This document shows positions 54,627-64,000 of a stretch of 64,000 bases of DNA, in pieces (the first letter of the stretch is position 1; each line of letters opens with the position of its first letter). Both the position numbers and the translations under genes were made by a program. The notes beneath the pieces were generated by a model. The model worked only from the letters and a program-made list of their open reading frames with translations. It searched no databases and was not told the origin of the DNA. The DNA comes from Patescibacteria group bacterium (lineage in GTDB: Bacteria > Patescibacteriota > Microgenomatia > JAMCYU01): NCBI GenBank assembly GCA_023473585.1, contig JAMCYU010000004.1, positions 1,682-65,681 on the forward strand. The letters are read 5' to 3'.

Positions 54627-54700
54627 GGCGCCTTCGTTCCCGATGGTAGATTCCATCGGGATCCCGATGACAACGATCATCGGGGCTAGCGGCCAAGGAT
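54627..54700 (+). pseudogene. 5' half of a Glu-type tRNA with a double-hairpin insertion in the D arm
   Basis: GGCGCCTTCGT[48-nt insert]CTAGCGGCCAAGGA aligns to the 5' part of tRNA-Glu at 54945. Confidence 0.75.
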
Positions 54701-54707
54701 AACAAAA

Positions 54708-54959
54708 ATGATTGCCACTTATATTTTACAAAATACAAAGGGAATGTATTATATTGGTAGCACTAGCGATTTAGAGAAGAGATTAGAAAAACATAAAAAG
54801 GGTTATTCCAGATTTACTAAAAGTAAAGGCCCTTTTAAAATTGTATATAGAGAAATTTATAATAATCTTGCAGAAGCAAAGAAAAGAGAATATTATTTAA
54901 AATCCCTTAAAAGTAGAAAATTTATAGAAAAATTAATAGAACGCGCCGCGTTCGTCTAG
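54708..54959 (+). CDS. Small GIY-YIG endonuclease (UPF0213-like)
   Basis: TYIL, YYIGST, RL..H, A..RE..LK; stop codon lies inside tRNA-Glu. Confidence 0.92.
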   Translation: MIATYILQNTKGMYYIGSTSDLEKRLEKHKKGYSRFTKSKGPFKIVYREIYNNLAEAKKREYYLKSLKSRKFIEKLIERAAFV

Positions 54960-55018
54960 AGGCCCAGGACGGATGGTTTTCAGCCATCAAATCGTGGGTT
55001 CGAATCCCACACGCGGTA
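54945..55018 (+). tRNA. tRNA-Glu(TTC)
   Basis: GCCGCGT/ACGCGGT acceptor; GATGG-TTTTCAG-CCATC; GTGGG-TTCGAAT-CCCAC. Confidence 0.93.
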
Positions 55019-55134
55019 CTTAATAAAAACGCTATAGAAATAAGAAACTTGGAAAGCCAGTAAATCACCGGTTTACCCCGTAAAATCGTTTTTCCCGATG
55101 CGAAATTGTAAATATTAAGAGGAGGTAAAATTTT

Positions 55135-55161
55135 ATCGTGGTTCGAATCCGGTAGGCACTA
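55135..55161 (+). pseudogene. tRNA 3' fragment (T loop plus acceptor strand)
   Basis: ATCGTGGTTCGAATCC-GGT-AGGCACTA; AGGCACT pairs 6/7 with GGCGCCT at 54627. Confidence 0.6.
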
Positions 55162-55174
55162 CATTAGAACGTCG

Positions 55175-56368
55175 CTAAGAACTAAACCTCACAGGATTCA
55201 TGAAACTGTCGTGGAGAAGATCATATGTCGCTTCCAAAACGTCTTTCACGGAAATATTTTTTAGACCAATTTTTAATTCGTCATCTAAAGTTAAATTTTC
55301 AATTTTGGTACTATAGAGGGGGTTATATTTGCCTGGCGAAGTTATTTTTAAGCCCATTTCGTAATTCTCAATTTCACAATAAGGCTTCGGAGAGCAGATA
55401 GCTACGGTTTTTATTTTTAAAGCGATGGCGGCAAAAAGAGCAAAAGTTGTTGCACTGACAACAACTTCACAGTTATTCAATAGAGCCATAAATTGGCCAA
55501 GTGTATTATTGCATTGGTTTCCTGGAATATTAAATTTACGGAGTTTTTGTACTGCATGGTTATAGATTTCTGTTTCTTCAGGTCCGCCCAAAAGGAATGG
55601 TTTGACGCCTGGAATTTTATTAAGCTCTTCAGCTAGTTTTATAAAGTAGTCTATTGGCCATCTTTTTCTTGCGTGTTTCTTTTTTGAGCCTAAATTCAAC
55701 CCAATAATTTTATACCTTTGAATTTTAAGTTTTTTTAAATAATTCATTGCATATTCGGAGTCGTTTTTATCAAGCAGAAGATGTATGGGTTGATTTTTCC
55801 ATTTCATGCCGACTGATTCCAAAAGAAGCTGTTGTATGGGTTTTTTATTTTCCTCTCTGAATTTATCGTCGATTTGGAATCTATATAAGTCTGTGGAAAC
55901 CGGACTAGCAATTTTTGGCAGGCCGTTATGGTTCATTTCAAAACCGAATTTTATCGGGCTTTCTATCAAGTGAGTTAAACTTAGGGTAACGGGATTTACT
56001 TCGAAATTATAGATAAAGTCAAATTTTTCGGACAGAAGGGTTAAAAGATTTATAGGATCATCGGATAAAATTCTATCAACAGAAGGGCAATATTTTAAAA
56101 TTTGTATGCCTTCTTTGTTGGTCAGAAACGTGATTTGGCTTGGATTATGTTGTCTTTTAAATTCATCTCCCACGATGGTAGTTCTTAATACGCTTCCGAT
56201 GCCTCCCATTTCAATTATCAAGAGCCTTTTACCAATTGGGGTACAGTATGGGCTGGGGCATGTTGTATGATGGGCTAAAGCTACCCTACACGGTTTGTAG
56301 CCGTTAAAAAATCTACAGGTAGGATTTAAGAGATAGCTCAAAGGATAGCGATTTTTTTGAGTATGCAT
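55175..56368 (-). CDS. Family 9 glycosyltransferase (heptosyltransferase-like)
   Basis: GGIGSVLRT, KRWP, GGPEE; N-terminal Cys motif CRFFNGYKPC. Confidence 0.85.
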   Translation of the reverse strand: MHTQKNRYPLSYLLNPTCRFFNGYKPCRVALAHHTTCPSPYCTPIGKRLLIIEMGGIGSVLRTTIVGDEFKRQHNPSQITFLTNKEGIQILKYCPSVDRILSDDPINLLTLLSEKFDFIYNFEVNPVTLSLTHLIESPIKFGFEMNHNGLPKIASPVSTDLYRFQIDDKFREENKKPIQQLLLESVGMKWKNQPIHLLLDKNDSEYAMNYLKKLKIQRYKIIGLNLGSKKKHARKRWPIDYFIKLAEELNKIPGVKPFLLGGPEETEIYNHAVQKLRKFNIPGNQCNNTLGQFMALLNNCEVVVSATTFALFAAIALKIKTVAICSPKPYCEIENYEMGLKITSPGKYNPLYSTKIENLTLDDELKIGLKNISVKDVLEATYDLLHDSFMNPVRFSS

Positions 56369-56399
56369 ACGATTAATGTATAATCGAGATAATTCTACT

Positions 56400-57007
56400 A
56401 TGAATTATCAGATTGGGCAAATTAAATTTCCGATAATAATTCTTTTGGGAGGCGTTTTTGGAGTTGGAAAGACAACGCTGTCGTATAACTTATCCCGTCT
56501 TTTAGGAATAAAACAGAGAACTTCGGTAGGGGTAATATCTAAAACATTACAGTATTTATATCCTGGAAAAAAGTCTATCCGTACTCTTGACAATCTTGAA
56601 CGGAATGAATGCGATTACAAAACATTTTTAAAACAGAGCCACTTGATGTGCTCTATTGTCAACTACATTATGAGAATTGCTCATGATGATGGGGTTGATT
56701 ATATTATTGATGGTGTTCAGCTTTTACCAACTTTTATAAAGTTTCGGAAAAATGTTCTTTACCTTTTTTTAAAATGTTCGAGCGCAAAAAATTAAGACAG
56801 AGGTTGGTGAATTCTACGTCACACAGAAAAAGATATAGAGAGACGAGTTTGGAGCAAGTCAAAAAGTTAATTTCTTTACAGCAATTTTTTATCGACTCGA
56901 TCAATGAGGGAAAAAATGTCAGAATTATTGATGGAGAGAAAAGCGAAGAAGGGGTGACAAAAGAAGCTTTAGAAGTAATTAAAGAGTGGATAAAAGTTTC
57001 TTTTTAG
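56400..57007 (+). pseudogene. P-loop kinase (2-phosphoglycerate kinase-like), frameshift at A6 56786-56791
   Basis: GGVFGVGKTT, IIDGVQLLP; adding one A joins the two ORFs. Confidence 0.7.
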
Positions 57008-57719
57008 CATCATCAAAAGTGTTCGTGGATTTTGAAATTTTAAAAAATCTTGAAACCTCTTTCTTTATAAGGCGGTCTTTATTAGATATAATATATATCA
57101 ATCTAAGATAATCTCTATCTTTCGGTGTGATGGATAAAACAAATTTCTTCCGGGGTTTTTTCGGAAAAGGCAAGTGGAAATACATAACTAAATGGTTAAT
57201 GAATTCTGGTCTTATAATTGCTATTTGTAAAAAACAAGAAAGAGTCAGTCTTTCAAAGTTGAAATATCGGTTGACTTTCCAGGAGATTTTCTGATCCCTC
57301 TCGTTTTTTCTTATAAACATCCAATAAAATTGTTTATGATTTATTAAAGGGGGTGTTGCATCAAGATAAATTAAGTTATTGTTAAGAATCGCGAAGTTAT
57401 CAGGTTTAGGATCAATGCTTACGGTAATTTTTTCCTGCGATTTTATTTTTGTTAGTAAATCCAGGAGTTTATTGACATAATTTTTATATTCTTTGAGGTT
57501 ACATTTTGTCATTTCTTGAGAAAGGAGTTTGTTATAAAACGGTTCAATAATCTTAACTTTTTTATTTGTGCACAAAATTTTGTATGGATAGGGTGTTTGG
57601 ATATTGACTAGTTTCAGTTGGGAACGAAAAAGCTTAATTGCTTGACAGAGCTCTCGGACTTTTTGTGGAGATAAATGTCCGTATTTATCGGAGAGAATTT
57701 TGGTGAATTTTTTATTCAT
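56979..57719 (-). CDS. Kinase-fold hypothetical protein
   Basis: DPKPDNF...YLD catalytic-loop-like motif. Confidence 0.55.
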   Translation of the reverse strand: MNKKFTKILSDKYGHLSPQKVRELCQAIKLFRSQLKLVNIQTPYPYKILCTNKKVKIIEPFYNKLLSQEMTKCNLKEYKNYVNKLLDLLTKIKSQEKITVSIDPKPDNFAILNNNLIYLDATPPLINHKQFYWMFIRKNERDQKISWKVNRYFNFERLTLSCFLQIAIIRPEFINHLVMYFHLPFPKKPRKKFVLSITPKDRDYLRLIYIISNKDRLIKKEVSRFFKISKSTNTFDDAKKKLLSTL

Positions 57720-58732
57720 AAAAGTGTTTGAATAATTATGTCTTCTCTTTTTTCCAAAGAAATGAATTCAAGATGGTTTTTTGCCCTTAACATTCCCCTG
57801 ACAATTACCTTATCTCCTGTTTCTACCATTTTTTGGAGAACCCATTCCATACTTATGACAGATACTGGTTGTCCGGCGATATCTACAATATATTCTCTTG
57901 GGAAAGAAGCAGAGTTACGAATATTTATTGCTATTCCTTCTTCGTTTACAGCGTGTATCTTTTTCGAACCTAGAACGGTTTGCATTCGATATTCCTCGCG
58001 GTTAAAGCTTCCCGACAATGCGATTTTTATTATGGATCCTTCTTTCGTCCCTGCTAAATATCTATTGCGAAGCTTGGCAATTCTTTTTGCTTGCTCAAAA
58101 GAAATGTTAAACCTCTGGCTGTAATCTCTGGCATATTCATCTTGTCTTTCTTCTGGTATTGGTTGAAAATCAAGATGCTTCAGAATATAAGGATCTTTTA
58201 ATTTAGAGTCAACTAAGGCAAAATTTTCTCCTCCGTAAACGAAAAGATCAAGGTCTGACTGAGGTTTGGCTAAGAGAAAACCCCAGGAGCCCATTAATCC
58301 AAAGTCTATTCCGGGGAAAAAAACTGTTAATCTTTTAAGGATTTCGGAGTGGGGGGAGTTGGTGTCTAAAACCCTATTTATTATTCTTCTTGCCGAGAAA
58401 ACTCTGTTTTTTTCATCAAGAGGTACGGCAAGAATTGAAATTTCTGCTTCTTCGTCTAGGACGACAAAATCGTCTAGTTTTTGATCTTTTAGATCCTCTA
58501 CTCTTTTATTGTATGGTACGTAATCTTTAACATAAAGCCCGTTTAGAAGAGGTGAACTTCTATCTCCGCTTGGAGATGATCTGAATTCAAAAGTGGCAGG
58601 AACCATTCGTCTCCCTGACTGGGCTATAACTACAAGAGGATCTCTGACTGCAGCTGCTCTTTCATCGGTAATTAACTTATCGTGCGACCATAAATCGTCA
58701 GGTAGGGGCTGGATCTTTTCGAATTTATTCAT
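57716..58732 (-). CDS. Pol-beta-superfamily nucleotidyltransferase
   Basis: GLMGS...SDLDLFVYG. Confidence 0.75.
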   Translation of the reverse strand: MNKFEKIQPLPDDLWSHDKLITDERAAAVRDPLVVIAQSGRRMVPATFEFRSSPSGDRSSPLLNGLYVKDYVPYNKRVEDLKDQKLDDFVVLDEEAEISILAVPLDEKNRVFSARRIINRVLDTNSPHSEILKRLTVFFPGIDFGLMGSWGFLLAKPQSDLDLFVYGGENFALVDSKLKDPYILKHLDFQPIPEERQDEYARDYSQRFNISFEQAKRIAKLRNRYLAGTKEGSIIKIALSGSFNREEYRMQTVLGSKKIHAVNEEGIAINIRNSASFPREYIVDIAGQPVSVISMEWVLQKMVETGDKVIVRGMLRAKNHLEFISLEKREDIIIQTLL

Positions 58733-58738
58733 ATTTTA

Positions 58739-59701
58739 TTAGCATAAGGGGGCTATTAATCCTTCTGATGGAATAATACGGACCAATATATTGGTTTCTG
58801 ATTCTAGGTAATTTACAAGTAGCTCATTGGAGTTACTTGTAATTAAGTCTTCCGGATATAAATGAGTGATAAAACAAGCTTTAATTTTAGATCCCTTCAA
58901 AATGTCAACTAGGTCAATTCCTGAAAGATGATATTTGGAGTGTTTTGTGTAGATTGGATCATTGATGCAAACTATAAGAATATCGACTTGAGAAAACTTT
59001 CTTTTTATTATTTGATGAATTGAGGCAATTTTAGCAAACTGATTTTTATAGCTAAATTCTTCCGCATTAAATAACTTACCATTTTGATCTTGGATTTTTT
59101 TCGAATATCCGGTGTCGGGAATATAGCCTATTTTGACGTTTTTGTTTTCTAAGATAAAACCGTAGGTATCTTTTATAGAATGAAAAAGCTTAACCGGAAT
59201 AATATTGATATTATCGAAAGTTATCTCTTTATTCGGCATAATTTCAATTAAAGAGATTCTGTTGTCATTTAGAAAATAATCTCCCACAATTTTTTGTTTA
59301 AACACAGTTTTTGGAGCAATAATGCAGATATTTTTGTCAGGCTGGAGTGTAATAAATTCAAGAGCGGTATTTATACCGGCGGTGTGATCTATATGGTTGT
59401 GAGAGACGAAAACAGAGTTAATAGAGAGGAGATCTTCGATCTTTGAAATTCTTCCGAGAAGCTCTGCGCCGGGGTCGACAAGCAATTTAAGTTTGTCTAA
59501 AGAGATTATAAACCCTCCATAGAGCCATTTTGTTGAAAGGACAAGATCATCCCTCAAGTAATTAGGAAATTTGAAAAAAGAAATAAAATTAGATTTTTTT
59601 TGTTTCTGACTTTTCTTAATTATCTCAAATTTTCTTTTTTTTCTTTCTTGTCTGACTTTTGTGGCGATGTGGGTCATTTGGTCAAAAATTGATTTTTCCA
59701 T
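58739..59701 (-). CDS. Metallo-beta-lactamase-fold hydrolase
   Basis: VDPG, SHNHIDH, FH, PDT, THL. Confidence 0.85.
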   Translation of the reverse strand: MEKSIFDQMTHIATKVRQERKKRKFEIIKKSQKQKKSNFISFFKFPNYLRDDLVLSTKWLYGGFIISLDKLKLLVDPGAELLGRISKIEDLLSINSVFVSHNHIDHTAGINTALEFITLQPDKNICIIAPKTVFKQKIVGDYFLNDNRISLIEIMPNKEITFDNINIIPVKLFHSIKDTYGFILENKNVKIGYIPDTGYSKKIQDQNGKLFNAEEFSYKNQFAKIASIHQIIKRKFSQVDILIVCINDPIYTKHSKYHLSGIDLVDILKGSKIKACFITHLYPEDLITSNSNELLVNYLESETNILVRIIPSEGLIAPLC

Positions 59702-59729
59702 GGCCCTATTATATCATTAGGCTGAATAT

Positions 59730-59783
59730 TATGAGAAAAATACTGGTAACTGGTGCTTCCGGTTTAAGTAGATTAGTAATATA
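59730..59783 (+). pseudogene. N-terminal relic of an NAD-dependent epimerase
   Basis: MRKILVTGASG followed by an early stop. Confidence 0.55.
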
Positions 59784-59850
59784 GTGTTCAAAGAAGTGAA
59801 AGTTAGGGCTACCGCGAGAATTTAGAACCTCTATTCAAAAAGGAGTTTCA

Positions 59851-59970
59851 TCACTGACGATGCTTGTTTGCCCTTAGGGCCAGCATTTGACGTTTTATCT
59901 CCAACCTTTTTTTCGTTTTATGTGAGTGGGATTTATGTCGAGCTCCCACTTTGGTATCTTTTCTTGCCAT
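59851..59970 (-). CDS. Small basic protein, 39 aa (MARKDTKVGARHKSHSHKTKKRLEIKRQMLALRANKHRQ)
   Basis: Clean ORF; TGTATAAT-GAGGTTT-ATG upstream. Confidence 0.6.
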   Translation of the reverse strand: MARKDTKVGARHKSHSHKTKKRLEIKRQMLALRANKHRQ

Positions 59971-60099
59971 AAACCTCATTATACAACAAAATTTAGATAA
60001 AAGTACATAGTTTGTTGGTAGATTACCAGGGATTTTGGTATAATAAATAACAGTTATACTTTAGAGGAAAGGAGGTTATAGGGCGGTTTGTAGGAATAC

Positions 60100-60313
60100 A
60101 AGCGTGGGGCCCCGAGCGGAGCCAAGTCTGACTTGGCGGTGTCGAGGGGAGACGAGGAGGAGGCCATAGGCCAAAGACCTGTGGGATCGGACTTAATTTA
60201 GGCAAAACCTAAATTAAAGTATCTGCGGAAACCTCCAGGTTGGATTAGCAACCTTAAGAATTTTTTAAAAAACCTTATCGCAAGATAAGAAACAAAGAGA
60301 AATTTAACTAATA
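60100..60313 (+). ncRNA. glmS ribozyme (GlcN6P-activated), variant
   Basis: AGCG cleavage motif, GACGAGG, P2 GGAGG/CCTCC, ATCG, TGCGG, P3 AGGTTG/CAACCT, P4 with GCAA loop, P3.1 ATTAG/CTAAT; directly upstream of glmS. Confidence 0.85.
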
Positions 60314-60382
60314 ACCGCTAAATAAACTTCAATCTTTTATTTTTATTAATTCAATAATTTTCTTCTCTTAAAGGAGGTTTTT

Positions 60383-62152
60383 ATGTGTGGAATATTTGGT
60401 TATGTTGGTAATAAAAATAATGCAGCGGAGTTAACTCTTGAAGCGCTTAAAAAGCTTGAATATCGTGGTTATGATTCTTGGGGAATAGGCGTAGAAGCCG
60501 GCAGAAAATTTATTATTGATAAACACGCAGGTAAAATCGGTATTGCCAAGACAAATTTACCCAGCAGTAATTTTGCTTTTGGACATACACGTTGGGCAAC
60601 TCATGGTGGTGTTACTGATACAAACGCTCATCCCCATTTGGATTGTACCGGCAAAATTGCCGTGGTTCACAATGGCATCGTCGAAAATTACCAGGAGATT
60701 AAAAATCTACTCGCTGGAAGACATAAAATTGTTTCAGAAACAGATACAGAATTAGTAGCCCATCTGATAGAGGATTTTTATTATCATAAAAAACTTCCTC
60801 TACACGAAGCTGTCAGGCAAGCCTTTTTAAGGCTGCGTGGTTTATCTGCATTTTTAGTCGCCGAAACAAGTAGCAAAACTCTTGTTGCTGTAAAAACAGG
60901 GTCTCCTTTAGTTGTAGGAATCGGTAAAGAAGAAAATATGGTGGGTTCAGATGTTAACTGTTTATTATCTTTAACGAAAAACGTTATTTTTATTGAGGAT
61001 GGTCAGCTGGCGCAGATTACGGATAGCCATATTAACCTTTTTTCCGTCGAGACTGGCAAAGAAATTAAGCCTAAAGTACAAAAAGTCTCCTGGGAAGAGA
61101 CTACTACTACAAAAGAAAACTTTCCTTACTTTATGCTTAAAGAAATTTATGAACAACCAAGAATTCTGACGAATATAATGAATACCTTTGACGATAAGAT
61201 AAATTTTTTTTCGGCAAAGATAAAGAGTTCATCGCAGGTAACTTTTGTTGGTTGTGGTACGGCAAACTATGCTGGACTTAGTGGTACATATTTACTTTCT
61301 CTTTTAGCAAACAAGAAGGCAAATTCTTTTCCAGGGAGTGAATTTCCATATTACCAAAATTTCCTAGATAAGAACAGTTTTCCAATATTTCTATCGCAAA
61401 GTGGAGAGACCATAGATATAGTCCAACCTGCAGTAGAACTAAAAAGAAAAGGTCTGGAAATTGGGGCGATAGTAAACAACCTAGGCTCTACCCTCTATAG
61501 ACTTGCAGATCATAAGATACTTCTTGAAGCTGGTCCGGAAATCTGTGTGTTGTCAACAAAAGTCTTTACTGCCAAACTGGCCATATTACTTCTTGTTGGA
61601 CACGATTTGGGTAAAAACCTAGCTAAAGGAAAAGAAAAGCTACAAAAAGCAATTAGAGTAACGAATAAAATTCTTTCGAAGCAGTACTATAAGAAATATC
61701 TATATAAACTAGTTCAAAGACTGGCAAAAGTGCAACACATATATATTATCGGAAGAGGATTGTCTTATCCTGTTGCCTTAGAAGCTGCACTTAAGATTAA
61801 AGAAGTTTCCTATATCCACACAGAAGGCTTTGCAGGTGGCGAGCTAAAACATGGGGTGATAGCCTTAATCGAGAAAAATACTCCAGTTATAGTTTATGCC
61901 CCCAATGACGAAACATTACTCGAGATGTTGTCAAATGCCATGGAGATTAAAGCAAGGGGCGGATACATTATCGGAATATCTCATACTAACAACAAAATCT
62001 TTGACTGGTATCTGCCTGTGGATGATGCCCAAGAAGCCACAATAATACCCAATGTCGTTCTTGCTCAATTAATTGGTTATCACATCGCTGTTTTGCTTGG
62101 AAAAGATCCAGATAAACCCAGAAATCTTGCTAAGTCTGTCACAGTGAAGTAA
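60383..62152 (+). CDS. glmS: Glutamine-fructose-6-phosphate aminotransferase
   Basis: MCGI, LEYRGYDS, HTRWATHG, SQSGET, PRNLAKSVTV. Confidence 0.97.
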   Translation: MCGIFGYVGNKNNAAELTLEALKKLEYRGYDSWGIGVEAGRKFIIDKHAGKIGIAKTNLPSSNFAFGHTRWATHGGVTDTNAHPHLDCTGKIAVVHNGIVENYQEIKNLLAGRHKIVSETDTELVAHLIEDFYYHKKLPLHEAVRQAFLRLRGLSAFLVAETSSKTLVAVKTGSPLVVGIGKEENMVGSDVNCLLSLTKNVIFIEDGQLAQITDSHINLFSVETGKEIKPKVQKVSWEETTTTKENFPYFMLKEIYEQPRILTNIMNTFDDKINFFSAKIKSSSQVTFVGCGTANYAGLSGTYLLSLLANKKANSFPGSEFPYYQNFLDKNSFPIFLSQSGETIDIVQPAVELKRKGLEIGAIVNNLGSTLYRLADHKILLEAGPEICVLSTKVFTAKLAILLLVGHDLGKNLAKGKEKLQKAIRVTNKILSKQYYKKYLYKLVQRLAKVQHIYIIGRGLSYPVALEAALKIKEVSYIHTEGFAGGELKHGVIALIEKNTPVIVYAPNDETLLEMLSNAMEIKARGGYIIGISHTNNKIFDWYLPVDDAQEATIIPNVVLAQLIGYHIAVLLGKDPDKPRNLAKSVTVK

Positions 62153-62164
62153 TATATAAGCTTA

Positions 62165-62888
62165 ATGGGTATTCCCAAAGCGAAGATTATTGTGACAGAA
62201 GGAGTAAATAAAACTGATTATTATTCTGATACTCTTTTAGAGTACCTTACTGTCTTTTTAGGTAAAACTCCCAAAATACATTCTTTACTTGAAATCGGAA
62301 CCGGAAGAGGATATTTATCAATTATTCTGGCTAAAATATATCGTCGTATAAATAAAATTATAGCTACCGATATAGATGATAAAGCCGTAAATTTAGCACG
62401 TAAAAATATAGCTATCAATAATTTACAAAAAAAAGATTTTGGTCAAAAAAGGTAGTTTGTTTAATCCCGTAAAGAATCAAAAATTTGATCTTATCGTCTC
62501 GGTTCCTCCGCAAATGCCACTTACAAGACAAGACGTGCAAAACCTTTTTCCCAAAGTTCAACAATACCATCTAACCACCAGTGTTGGTGGCAAAAACGGG
62601 AGGAGCATAGTAGATAAAATCATAAGCAATGCGCCAAAATATTTGCTTCCAGGCGGAATGGTTTGTTTTGCGCACTCTGATATTATTGGCGTCAAACAAA
62701 GTTTAAGAAAACTTAGAGTTCAACAACTTCGTGCTATGATACTGGGAAGCAAAGATAAATTGTTGAGGGAAACAACACTTACTCGCTTATCAAAACAAAT
62801 TATTGAAAGAACAGGATATAGATTTCGTAGAAACGATCAAAATCAGGAATTTTTTTCTATTTATGTAATAGTTGGTATTTATGATTAA
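62165..62888 (+). pseudogene. HemK-like SAM methyltransferase, frameshift at A8 62427-62434
   Basis: LEIGTGRG, TDID, FDLIVSVPP, GG..G; removing one A joins the ORFs. Confidence 0.75.
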
Positions 62889-64000
62889 TTTTCGTCACCT
62901 TACTAAAAATATTATTCCATCAAATAAAAACATCGTTGTCAAAAAAGCGCTGGGTGCCATTTTTTGGGATAGCCAAGGTAAGGATTATATCGATTTTAGT
63001 GCACAGACTCTTAATTTGAGTTTAGGCCAATGTCACCCGGAGATCACAAGGGCAGTTATTACCCAACTTAAGAAATATAATTTTCTTTCTTCACGCTTTG
63101 TTTGCGAACCTTTGATGCAATTGTCAGAGGTAATTATAAACCTAGCCCCCAAAGAATTATCCAAAATTAACATTAAATTAACAGATGGAAGTGATGCAAA
63201 CGAAAGCGCTTTTAAACGAGTAAGGAAGTACCATAAAAAGTTAACGATTGCCTCGTTATACAAAAGTCATTTAGGCGAAACGTCTGAAACTATAGTTGCA
63301 AGTGGAAAAAATTTTGAAAATAGATTTTATATCGGGGGTAGTCAAAAATTTACGTTTTTCCCTCCTCCTCATCCAGACTTTATACCTTCATGTAAAACAA
63401 CCAAAGAGGCAGAAAAAATCTCACTTCTACATCTTAAGAGTTTATTACAAAGGAATAACGATATATGTGCAGTTATTGTCGAACCGATTATGGTAAATGC
63501 TGGAGTATATATATTATCTCCAGATTATCTGCGCGGGCTTCGCGCTCTCTGCGATGAATATCACGTGAGTCTAATTTTTGATGAAATACAGACGGCTTTT
63601 GGATGGATAGGCACCTTTTTTGCTGCTTCAAAATACAAGATTACACCAGATATCGTGACTTTAGGTAAAGCAATTTCTCCTGGATTTCCCCTTGCTGCAG
63701 TTCTCATGCAACCCCAATATGATCTTTTAGAATATGGAGAAGACGAATTTACTAACGGTGGGAATCCTCTTTCGTGCATTGTGGCCTTGAAGAATATAGA
63801 GATTCTTAAACGAATGGGAATTGAAAAAATGGTGTTAGAAAAGAGCAATTTAATATTTAAACTCCTCTCCAATGTTCAAAGGGACTATCCATTTATCAAA
63901 GAAATTAGAGGAGAAGGATTAATTTGGGGAGTAGATTTTGATAAAAAAACTTCTCCATTCAGTACACAACAAATATATAATCGTGCCCTATCAAACGGCC
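62881..64000 (+). CDS. Class III PLP aminotransferase (runs off the window end)
   Basis: Manual translation: YIDF, LGQCHP, GSDANE, VEPI, FDEIQTAFG, PDIVTLGK. Confidence 0.9.
   Translation, partial: MINFRHLTKNIIPSNKNIVVKKALGAIFWDSQGKDYIDFSAQTLNLSLGQCHPEITRAVITQLKKYNFLSSRFVCEPLMQLSEVIINLAPKELSKINIKLTDGSDANESAFKRVRKYHKKLTIASLYKSHLGETSETIVASGKNFENRFYIGGSQKFTFFPPPHPDFIPSCKTTKEAEKISLLHLKSLLQRNNDICAVIVEPIMVNAGVYILSPDYLRGLRALCDEYHVSLIFDEIQTAFGWIGTFFAASKYKITPDIVTLGKAISPGFPLAAVLMQPQYDLLEYGEDEFTNGGNPLSCIVALKNIEILKRMGIEKMVLEKSNLIFKLLSNVQRDYPFIKEIRGEGLIWGVDFDKKTSPFSTQQIYNRALSNG

Noticed and set aside
54627-55161. Group I intron with a homing endonuclease in a tRNA
   Set aside because: No room or recognisable core for a group I ribozyme; the insert carries a complete tRNA instead

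Overview
A chromosomal window from a reduced bacterium that uses the standard genetic code. Gene content and style fit CPR/Patescibacteria, probably Microgenomates (inference). The backbone is housekeeping: engB, ileS, rodA, rplU, rpmA, parB, lepB, glycosyltransferases, polX, lemA-htpX, murT-gatD, gatCAB, dnaE, atpBEFHAGDC, pyrG, rplS and six intact tRNAs. Most notable observations: (1) two loci (53.4-53.7 kb and 54.6-55.2 kb) where a small GIY-YIG nuclease gene or its remnant runs into an intact tRNA, and the unit sits nested in the split halves of a second tRNA; (2) a 7.3-kb serine-recombinase island at tRNA-Gly with an internal inverted attP-like site that could swap the recombinase C-terminus; (3) a variant glmS ribozyme in an accessory amino-sugar-type cluster; (4) 28-bp 11+6+11 palindromes bracketing orphan genes next to tRNA-Val; (5) candidate attenuators upstream of ileS and of an argG-deaminase-radical SAM-upp-pyrG operon; (6) short palindromic and heptamer insertions inside core genes and tRNA pieces. 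All calls come from reading the sequence by eye; no searches were run.
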